The notes below the pieces were generated by a model. The model was not told where the DNA came from and searched no databases. It was given only the letters and a program-made list of their open reading frames with translations. Position numbers and translations under genes: made by a program. Shown here piece by piece: positions 47,548 through 57,317 of a stretch of DNA of 57,317 nucleotides. How positions within the stretch are numbered: position 1 is the stretch's first letter; each line of letters begins with the position of its first letter. This DNA is from Macrostomum lignano. Lineage: Eukaryota. The stretch lies in the NCBI GenBank assembly GCA_002269645.1, contig NIVC01004164.1, positions 1 to 57,317 of the forward strand, read 5' to 3'.

Positions 47548-48261
47548 TTAGGATTAGAATTAATTAGAACAACACTCAGGAAAAAAATGACACTCAAGAA
47601 GAAAAAAACACTCAGGAAGAGAACGACACTCAGGAAGAGAACGGCACTCAGGAAGAGAACGACACTCAGGAAGAGAACGACACTCAGGAAGAGAATGACA
47701 CTCAAGAAGAAAACGACACTCAGGAAGAGAACGACACTCAGGAAGAAAACGACACTCAGGAAGAGAACGACACTCAGGAAGAAAACGACACTCAGGAAGA
47801 GAATGACACTCAGGAAGAAAACAACACTCAGGAAGAGAATGACACTCAGGAAGAGAATGACACTCAGGAAGAGAACAACACTCAGGAAGAGAATGACACA
47901 TCTGAAATCATTACCTTCAAGGTAAGAGAAAACTCAAGTTGATTACTAGGTTGCCTAGCAGTAGCTAGGGCCTAGAAGTGATTGTTCCTTGATTACTAAG
48001 AAAGTCTTGGTAGTATGGAACACATAAAGTGGCATCTTTGAGTTCATCCAGTGTCACCAGTTGTCCATCAGCTACCAAGCCAAAATTATAAACTTCCAGT
48101 ATCAGATCGGATAGAATGATTTCAATAGTGCTATTGTCCTTGATTCCATAGCTCCTCCTTGGCAAGCTGGAATCCATATCCAGTATCAATTCTTCCTAGT
48201 ACTGCACTTTGTAATTGAATTCTGTCAGTTTTAGCACTCATTAGGTCAGCCCTATGGCTAT
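47548..48261 (+). mobile_element. Copy C (partial) of the leader module, with 18-bp array 47571-47900
   Basis: Matches 50935-51738; flanked by imperfect 34-bp direct repeats at 47514-47547 and 48262-48295. Confidence 0.85.
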
Positions 48262-49563
48262 ACCAGCATATTGAAGTAACCTGAAAATATAACACAGCAA
48301 ATTAATAATATACAATTAATAAATTCTTCTTATAGTATATAATAATTAGGCAGTGCTATTACTTTACTCATACTATAAAAATCAAATTTGTGCAAGATGC
48401 CAAAACTAAGTTCTATTTTGTTTTACTATATGATTGAATGAATTGATAAATTATAATTTAATATACATAAGAAAAATGACCATATTTATATATACAAACT
48501 ATATATCTGCCCTGTCCACACCCCATGTTAGAACGGCGGATCTCTGGTTTATTTTCTTCAGGCAAATAGCTTTGTACAAGAGTAGCCTGTTCATGAGGCA
48601 GATATTGTATTGATTGAAGTTGAATATGATGAATATCCCTCTTTTACTAAAATCTTGAATTACTAGGCAATGAAACAGAAACTGGTACTGGTATGTGGTA
48701 TTAAGCACGATCGCAAATGCAAAAATTATTATTATGAATAATGTCTGCAACCCTGTTGTATATTGTGTTTAAAACAAAAGAATTTTATAAAAAATGTTAA
48801 TTATTTTTTGCAATTTAAATATCTTACAAGTTCTAATTTTAAATTTTTGCACGCAAAAAAGCAAATAAAAAAATGTGACTTTAATGACGCCATTTTTACT
48901 TAAAGCTACTCTGTATATGGATTAAGTTATAGCAACAAGTCAATTTGTTAAATTTTACAAATACATACTATCTTTTTTATTTTTTTAAAACATCATCCCG
49001 GGATGCAGAGGCATGAATGTATCTGTACATGTAGGCCCTATGAATAGGGATATGTACCAAATTGCACACCTCAAAGGGCTGGTAAGGGAGGTAAATTTGC
49101 TTGGTTAGGGTAAGCATTAAAGGGGATAGAAGTTTATTCATAAATTAATTTCTTACTTATTTGCTTATTTATCTTTTAGCATATAGTCGATTTAGCAGTT
49201 TATTATGTTATTCGGCTTTATATTTTCTTCCTCAATAAGTGAAACTTTCTTTAATACACTGGATTAGTTCTTGCAAAGCCTAATATGGTCGACCCCAACT
49301 TTCATGCAATTAAACTTTCGGCAAAACTCAAAGGGAAGACAAAGATACGCAAAGTCATTTTTATACGTATTGATTTTTGCGCAACAAATAAATGTACGTG
49401 ATGGACACGTTGCGTAATAAAATATTGGATACGAGACTGTCTGGCACGGCTTTATTGAACACGTATATGAAAAAAACTTTGGAAAGTGATTGAGCCCATT
49501 AATGAACATGTAATGGATTCAATCCGATGAGCTGTCGTGTTTGATTGTCAACACACTCAGCGT

Positions 49564-49700
49564 TCAACGAACAGCCGCACCATCTTGGTCTAGTCCAGGA
49601 AACCAGAACTCCTTCACAATGTGCGCCTTGGTGTTCTCTGCACTCGGGTGAACAACGTTGTGGGCAATTTCCAAAATGCGCCTGCAAAGGATGGGAGGGG
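49564..49700 (-). pseudogene. Integrase zinc-binding (H2C2)-like fragment
   Basis: RRILEIAHNVVHPSAENTKAHIVKEFWFPGL resembles the H..H..T..YWWPGM half of the retroelement integrase zinc finger. The cysteine half is not seen. Confidence 0.55.
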
Positions 49701-49844
49701 CCCTCTGCGAGAATAGCGATCGCTCCTCCTCAGCTGACAGCGCGTTACGGCATGTCTTGTACGGACGCTCTGCCCGTGACACCTAGACGCCATCTCCCAG
49801 TTCTGATCTTTGCTTCAGCCTCTTAACAAACGAGCATTGTGCAG

Positions 49845-51738
49845 TGTGTAGAGTATCTTTATTCATAAAATGCTACTGAAAGTAGACTAATGCAAGCATG
49901 CGCAGCAAAACTTAAAACGTGAGTCAAGTTACTATTTTAACGAAAATTATGAGGCATGTTACTATCTATAACGAACAATGAATCACCTTACTATTTATAA
50001 CGCAAAAAGAATCATTACTACCAAGGACAAATTAAGTGAAGTGACTTCAGTGGGCCTTGGTTACTACGAGTATTTATAACGCAAAGAAGAATCATGTTAC
50101 TATTTATATCAAAAAGATGAATCATGTTGCTATTTATAATTCGCAAATTTGCCTATAAACACAAGTGGTCCGAATCGGACCGGAGTCAACAAAGAATCTT
50201 CCAGGGAGAAGAAGAGCTCCGAAGAGGAAGTTGGCAAGGGACTTCCTTCAGAGTCTTCAAACCAAGTCAACCGAGACAGCTGAGTTCTTGCGGTAAGCCT
50301 TATTTTATTCATTTGCGCCAGTTGTTAGAGTCGACTCAAGATTATTGTTGTGACTGAGTCTATTCGAGACTCCATTGGTTGTAGTCTTCAGGACTACCCT
50401 GATAGCCATTAGAAGACTATCAGTGATTACCGGAGCTATACCTAGAGCGTGTTGAGACACTGCTAGAAGGAGAAGGCTTGTTCAAACCGCAGCGCGACGC
50501 AGGGATCCCCATTGTTGATTCGAAGCTTCTGATTGGTCCGAACTACAGCTATACCGGCCGGAGACAACTTCGTTGGAAGTAAAAAGGAACTGGACCAGAA
50601 CAACTAAATCAAGACGTCTGAACTTCCGGAAGATCAGGAACGACACTCATGAAGAGAACGACACTCAGGTGTTCTCAAGACAAATAACTTTTGCTCAAAC
50701 TCTCGGCAGGTTTTGACTATTGCCACAACGCACTCTCACGAACAAATTCAAGCCATCGAACCTTTATATTTAACTTCTAAATGACACACAAAAGATTGGG
50801 GTGGGGCTGAGATTGCATGTACACTAAGCGATGATGGGGGCGGGGCCCGGAGACGTACATATCTTCGATATACTAAAATGAGATCTACAACTATAACTAA
50901 CAAAGAAACATAAATACAAAGCCTAGGCAAGATCAGGAAGAGAATGACACTCAGGAAGAGAATGACACTCAGGAAGAGAACGACACTCAGGAAGAGAACG
51001 ACACTCAGGAAGAGAACGACATTCAGGAAGAGAACGACACTCAGGAAGAGAACGACACTCAGGAAGAGAACGACACTCAGGAAGAGAACGACACTCAGGA
51101 AGAGAACGACACTCAGGAAGAGAACGACACTCAGGAAGAGAACGACACTCAGGAAGAGAACGACACTCAGGAAGAGAACGACACTCAGGAAGAGAACGAC
51201 ACTCAGGAAGAGAACGACACTCAGGAAGAGAACGACACTCAGGAAGAGAACGACACTCAGGAAGAGAACGACACTCAGGAAGAGAACGACACTCAGGAAG
51301 AGAACGACACTCAGGAAGAGAACGACACTCAGGAAGAGAACGACACTCAGGAAGAGAACGACACTCAGGAAGAGAATGACACATCCAAAATCATTACCTT
51401 CAAGGTAAGAGAAAACTCGAGTTGATTATTGGGTTGCCTAGCAGTAGCTAGGGCCTAGAAGTGATTGTTCCTTGATTACTAAGAAAGTCTTGGTAGTATG
51501 GAACACATCAAGTGGCATCTTTGAGTTCATCCAGTGTCACCAGTCGTCCATCAGCTACCAAGCCAAAGTTATAAACTTCCATAGTGTCGGATAGAATGAT
51601 TTCAGTAGCGTTATTGTTCTTGATTCCATAGCTCCTCCTTGGCAAGCTGGCATCCACATCCAGCATCAATTCTTCCCAGTACTGCACTTTGTAATTGAAT
51701 TCTGTCAGTTTTAGCGCTCATCGGGTCAGCCTATGGCT
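49845..51738 (+). mobile_element. Copy B of the leader module, with 18-bp array (actcaggaagagaacgac) 50935-51382
   Basis: TATA 50154, donor 50293, acceptor 50492, donor 51405, homologous to copy A; about 25 array units. Confidence 0.75.
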
Positions 51739-52882
51739 AAGACCGTCTTCGGTAGATTCTTCAAAGAATTAATTATATGACCGAATTAATTAAAGAATTA
51801 ATTAATTAAATTGATGTGCTTGGTCAGTCTACAGTGTGAATCTCTTGCCGAGGAGCCTTTTCCTAGCTCTTTCTACAGCCCAGACGATCGCCAAGCGAAG
51901 GCTTCTCTCACGATATTAGAGCAACTGGGATTAAATCAACTGGGATTAAATCAACGATGATGAGAGCAACTGGGATTTATGTATAGCCTTCATAGTTCAG
52001 AGTCAGGTACCCAATTTTCACCAGAATTTTAGCGCACCAAAGAAGCTGCTGATCTCAGCCTCGGTCATTGTGTCGTTCATGACGGCCACCGCCTGCATCG
52101 GCCGTTCAGCATTCGTGAGTCGCCATGTCGAAGTCAGGTGCAGTTGGGATGCTTTATGCAGAAAACGAGCCTATTTGAGTCAACCTGCTCTGGCGGCACG
52201 AAGCCTCCGTTGGAGAAAAATGTTCGGCTCAAGAGAGACGCCGATGTCAGGCCTCATTCTGGTAGCCCTGCTCCCGGCCTGCAGGTGGCCGAGTTCGACT
52301 CGGACACTCGCCAGTGCTCGCTGTTCCCATACACCACAGTGTGCCACCTCATCGATGAACTCGCTGCTGCAGAGAGCTCGCAATTCCAGAGCCGTCAATC
52401 TCCTCACATTGAGCAGTGAACCCATGCTGGACGCGGGCTAGAAGCTGAGAGCCGTGATGAGCCATAAGCGACGTTGCTCTCTCAAGATCGACTTGCTCTC
52501 TGGCTCTTATTCTTCGCCTAGCCTAGTCAGGCACCTGGGATCTCGATCCCTTCACTGAGTTCGTTTCCCCATTAGTAATCTGCACCAGGCCCAACTAGCT
52601 AAAGCTTGCTTAGTAGTCATGTATCGCGAAGTTTTTCATTGATTCACTTCATTCATTTTCGCGATGCGCATGCAGAATGAGAGTAAATGTGCCCATGTTA
52701 CGAGACTCTGTACATGTTATGAACCTCTGTGTACATGTTATGAACCTGTACATGTTCATGCACATATGCGTGCATGCAACACCATTCATTTGCATGCATC
52801 CCCGGGTCCCTTGGCTTGGTGTTTCTAGAAGAGTATCCAAAGGACTTTTAGTAGGGCAAGAGGCTATATAGCTAGCTAGATA

Positions 52883-52998
52883 GTTAGTTAGGGCTAGGTT
52901 TTAGGTTAGGGCTAGGTTTTAGGTTGGAGTTAGATTATGGGTTAGGGTTAGTGTTAGAGCTTAGGGATTTGAGCTTAGGATAGGGTCTAGGTTAGGTT
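52883..52998 (+). repeat. Degenerate TTAGGG-like tract
   Basis: gttagggctaggttttaggttaggg...gggttagggttag. Confidence 0.6.
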
Positions 52999-53844
52999 TA
53001 GGTAGGTTCGGCTGTCAAGCGTCGTATGTCCAGCAAATTTGTTTCTGCGTTGGCGGCGTCCGGAAATGGGAAAAGAAAGAAGCAGGCGATCGGGTATTGA
53101 GCTGAGATCCCTACGGTTAAAGTGCAAAAAAGCTTTCGGCTGACGGAACTCCGCGGTGCGCTTGTGCTGGTGAACGGAAGCCATCAACTCCGTGTATTTG
53201 AGCACCGGGGGCGAGCATGAGCTGACTACAGTCTGTCTATAGGGTTTGATTCGATCGCTACTTTTTGCAGGCCTTCAAACATATGAGCAGTGAACTATTT
53301 TGATTGAATTTGGTGCGAAAGGTAAATAAAATCTAGACAAATGACCTCAAGTGACCCTTAAGGATCAGTTAGGGAGCGGCTTCTGGGCCGCTTGTCTCAA
53401 GCGCGCATTCACAGCAGTGCTTAATTATAATCTTAAAGAATATTGCGGCATGGCGCGAACTAAGTCAATGATTGCAGAGGGAATGGGGCTGCAGGCTAAC
53501 GAGCTCTGCCTCAAGCCCGCTATTCACAGCGGGCCTCTCAGCTGCTGCAGCAAAAGTAACACGCAGACTATAAGAATATCATAAGAATTAGCTTTGCTCG
53601 TACCGAGGTTGGGAAAACAATGAGTGTTGAGCAGAAATTAAAAACTCCACTTAAGCATAGAGATTAAAATGGTGAGAGAGGTTTGCCCATTGCTGCGCTG
53701 TCTAGCTTGTCCACAGTTTTCAGTTAAGTCACTTCAGCAGATTCGAATTCTCAGCTGCGTCCACTTTGTTCTCGGCTGTTGAGATATGCTGAAATTTGAA
53801 GTTTCGACTTAATTGTTTTTCTTTTTTTCAACAGCTTTTGGTCA

Positions 53845-54610
53845 CGAAGGGAAAGGGAGCCCGCAGTTGGGGTGGCTGAGGGCAATTTCAGGGACAAGAT
53901 TTAGAGCGCCTATGTACGCAGAAGGGAGCCAGCAGTTGGGGTGGGTGAGGGCAATCACAGGGACGAGATTTAAGCCGCCAATGTACTCGGGGGAAGGAAG
54001 CCAGCAGTTGGGGTGGGTGAGGGCAATCACGGGGACGAGATTTAGACCGCCAATGTACACAGGAGACGGGAACCAGCAGTTGGGGTGGGTGAGGGCAATC
54101 ACAGGGACGAGATTTAGAGCGCCAATGTACGCGGGAAGGAAGCCAGCAGTTGGAGTGGGTGAGGGCAATCACAGGGACGAGATTTAAACCGCCAATGTAC
54201 TCGGGGGAAGGAAGCCAGCAGTTGGGGTGGGTGAGGGAAATCACAGGGACGAGATTTAGAGCGCCAATGTACGCGGAGGAAGGAAGCCAGCAGTTGGAGT
54301 GAGTGAGGGCAATCACAGGGACGAGATTTAAACGCCAATGTACTCGGGGAAGGAAGCCAGCAGTTGGGGTGGGTGAGGGCAATCACGGGGACGAGATTTA
54401 GACCGCCAATGTACACAGGAGACGGGAACCAGCAGTTGGGGTGGGTTGAGGGCAATCACAGGGACGAGATTTAGAGCGCCAATGTACGCGGAGGAAGGAA
54501 GCCAGCAGTTGGGGTGGGTGAGGGCAATCACAGGGACGAGATTTAAACCGCCAATGTACGCTCGTACTCGGGGGAAGGAAGCCAGCAGTTGGGGTGGCTG
54601 AGGGCAATCA
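53845..54610. repeat. ~60-bp array (agccagcagttggggtgggtgagggcaatcacagggacgagatttag...)
   Basis: About 12-13 variable units. Confidence 0.93.
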
Positions 54611-57023
54611 CTTAAGAGTGCACAGTTGAGATGGGAGGTAGCTGGAGTAAAAGCAAAACTTACCCACCTGCGCAGCGATCACCTGACGTGATACATGGAT
54701 GTCGGGGGCAGGAAGTTGGAGCAGCTCCGCAGCAGGCGGTTGTAGTTGTCCAGAATTATATTCTCCCGATGCAGGTTGATGTCAACTTGTGGATCAAACA
54801 GATGCGAGTTGCCGTGCTGCAGTTCCCGGAACTCCTCGTACTCGTACACATTCAATAGGGCACGCCGCAGTTCTTCATAAGCTCCTGGCCGCACCGCCGC
54901 CCCCGCTGCTCGCAGGAACGCCGCATGGGTTGTTTGAAGTCTGCTGCGTCTTCGGAGTCGCTGACTCGGTCTGGGTGCTCAGCTGCAGGTTCGGTGGGGG
55001 AGGCGGTGTTGCAGAGCAGCTAAGAGTATTGTGGAGTGTACTGATAAACAGTCCAAGTGTCTTGACTACACAGCCAGCAGTACTTTGAGCTGCCCAGTCT
55101 ATTCATCATCACTGAGAGACTCACCTGCGCGTTGCTGGCTGACCAGCAGCCGGGCAGCGGGTGGCGCTTGTTGGACTGGTTGCTGCAGGACAGCGGCACC
55201 AGCAAGGCCGACAGTGACAGCGGCTGCGCTGGCTGCTTCAGCTGACCGCGGCTGCCGCGGCTCGCCTTGATTGGCTGCGGGCCGCAGCCCCTGTCAGGCG
55301 AGCGGCATTTTAGGGTGCGCGATTTTGAATTTGTGTCCATGAAAGAGTTGTGCGTACATTTCTACTACGAGCGTATTAGTAGATAAACAAATATTTGCAG
55401 TAGGTTTTGAGCACCTCCTTGCACTGACTCCTGCTGACAAGGATAATTTACACAGGCACGTACTTATTACACAGGCTTACTCAAGGTGTACAGCGGCTTT
55501 CTAATTGTCAGGCATGTTGTACTCTGCCTGTGTCTCGGGGGTTGGCCCGAATTTGCTGGAATCGCACGACAAACCTCGGCGGCCAACTTTTGTGCACACG
55601 TCCAAATGAAGTTCAGGCAAGCAACACGGGAAAAGCATAAAGTAGTTGAGCCAAAATATATTCTTATAAAAACCTAAGTGGCATGCAGACTTTCTGTGTC
55701 TTAAGCGCTGCTTCATGAGGAGGGAAAGCGAGTTGATGACGCGCGTCTTTTTTTGACGAATGTACCTGTTTGAAAAGTTCGAGAATTCTATAACTTCCAC
55801 GAGGTGGCCGCTTGTGAAGCTTCTGGTGAAGAAAGTCTGGAAGCCTCAGAACAGACGATTCTAAAAATAAACATTTGACCCGATTATATTTTGGTTTCAT
55901 CGTGTTTCTTGTCCCTCTCTTCATTTCTCCGATTTTGCAGCACCCAAGCGCAGAATCGCTCTTCCTTACCTGAAGCAAACTCGACCCGCCTCCCGCCGCC
56001 GCCCCCGCCGGCGCCGTCAGTCCAGCTGTGCGCTCCGAGCGGCGGCAAAGTGCGAACTGCGCTGGTCCTTCTCACTGGCCGGCTGCGAGGTGAGATGTGA
56101 GGGGGGTGAGAGTGAGGGTTGCGATGTGAGGGGCGTGGTGTAGGATGAGGTGCGCGGGTGAGGGTTGCAGGGTGAGGGGTGTGAGAGGAGCGGGGTGAGG
56201 GTGCGGTTGAGAGAGGGCGGTGAGGGTGCGGAGTGAGGGGTGCGGGGAGGGGCGGGTGAGGAGTGAGGGGTGCAGAGTGAGGGGTGCGGAGTGAGGGGTG
56301 CAGAGTGAGGGGTGCGGAGTGGGGTGCAGAGTGAGGGGTGCAGAGTGAAGAGTGCGGAGTGAGGGGTGCGGCGTGAGGGGTGCAGAGTGAGAGGTGCAGA
56401 GTGAGGGTGCGGCGTGAGGGGTGCAGAGTGAGAGGTGCAGAGTGAGGGGTGCGGAGTGAGGGGTGCGGATTGAGGGGTGCAGAGTGAGGGGTGCGGAGTG
56501 AGGGGTGCGGAGTGAGGGGTGCAGGAGTGAGGGGTGCGGAGTGAGGGTGCGCGAGTGAGGGGTGCGGAGTGAGGGGTCCGGTTGTACCCAACCTCCAGTT
56601 CCGAGTCGCTACCCCAACCCCAATCTCCAAAGCCGCTAGCCAACCCCAATCTCCAAAGCCGCTAGCCCAACCCCAATCTCCAAAGCGCTAGCCCAACCCC
56701 AATCTCCAAAGCCGCTAGCCCAACCCCAATCTTTAAATCCGCTAGCCCAACCCCAATCTCCAAAGCCGCTAGCCCAACCCCAATCTCCAAAGCCGCTAGC
56801 CATCTCTCATCCTCCAGAGTCGCACCAGCTGGCTGTCTCCGCAGTAGTCCTGCAGGTGGAGGTCCGTGGCGTTGCAGTTTTCTGTACGCTCGGCCGCTGA
56901 GGCAGAAGCGGGACTGGGAAGCCAGCGGACAGGCGAAGCGGGCTGCATGTTGGGCTGCTGCTGACTGAGGAGCTTGCTGACTGCGGTGAGGAGATCGCCT
57001 TGGAGAGCAGGCTTGCGGCTGGA
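54608..57023 (-). CDS. 3' part of an unidentified multi-exon gene
   Basis: Phase-compatible candidate exons 57023-56826, 56082-55970, 55860-55766, 55274(or 55290)-55125 and ~55020-54684. Protein-like segment RPGAYEELRRALLNVYEYEEFRELQHGNSHLFDPQVDINLHREN. Last junctions ambiguous. Confidence 0.45.
56105..56578. repeat. 14-bp intronic array (gagtgaggggtgcg)
   Basis: Direct reading. Confidence 0.9.
56612..56800. repeat. 27-bp array (ccaaccccaatctccaaagccgctagc)
   Basis: About 7 units. Confidence 0.92.
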
Positions 57024-57059
57024 CTGAAATAATCTTAAAGACTTTTGAGGAATGAGACT

Positions 57060-57317
57060 CAGAGTATGAGGCATGAGAATCAGAGTGTGTGAGGCATCAG
57101 AATCAGAGTGTGAAGCATGAGAAGCAGAGAGTGTGAGGCGATAAGAGAGTGTGAGGCATGAGAATCAGAGAGTGTGAGGATTGAGAATCGAGAGTGTGCA
57201 GATGAGAATCGGAGAGTGTGAGCATGAGAATCAGAGAGTGTGAGGGAATGAGAGTGTGAGGCATGAGAATCAGAGAGTGTGAGGCATGAGAATCGGAGAG
57301 TGTGAGGCATGAGAATC
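57060..57317. repeat. ~23-bp array (gagaatcagagagtgtgaggcat), runs off the window
   Basis: Direct reading. Confidence 0.88.

Noticed and set aside
47965-48189. Minus-strand 74-aa ORF in module copy C
   Set aside because: The paralogous frame in copy B has a stop and indel, and copy A does not preserve the frame.
50923-51408. (TLRKRT)n and (LPECRS)n ORFs as protamine-like or metal-binding proteins
   Set aside because: Alternative phases of an 18-bp array; no unique coding context.

Overview
Eukaryotic (animal) genomic DNA. GC-rich exons, a different minisatellite in almost every intron and apparent leader-dependent start codons suggest a flatworm such as Macrostomum (inference only). 1-9.2 kb: a transposon nest of a repeated promoter/leader module, a frameshifted Ty3/Gypsy element with a short 3' LTR, a 5'-truncated hAT element and a P-like MITE. 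9214-22306: a 13.1-kb foldback element with ~5.6/4.5-kb terminal inverted repeats, an exact 7-bp target-site duplication (ATACCGA) and a 3-kb spacer carrying a decayed Tc1. 24.3-36.7 kb: four co-oriented, closely spaced genes (TYW2/TRMT12, PPM1K, a DUF1295 membrane protein, an ankyrin-like protein). Two of them begin at a splice acceptor that is in frame but has no genomic ATG, as expected for an operon resolved by a spliced leader that supplies AUG. 40.5-44.4 kb: CUEDC1 on the minus strand with a one-base frame problem. 44.4-52 kb: a CpG-depleted zone with a Crypton tyrosine-recombinase fossil and two more copies of the leader module. 54.6-57.0 kb: the 3' part of an unidentified minus-strand gene. 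Most long ORFs in the track are tandem-repeat artefacts.
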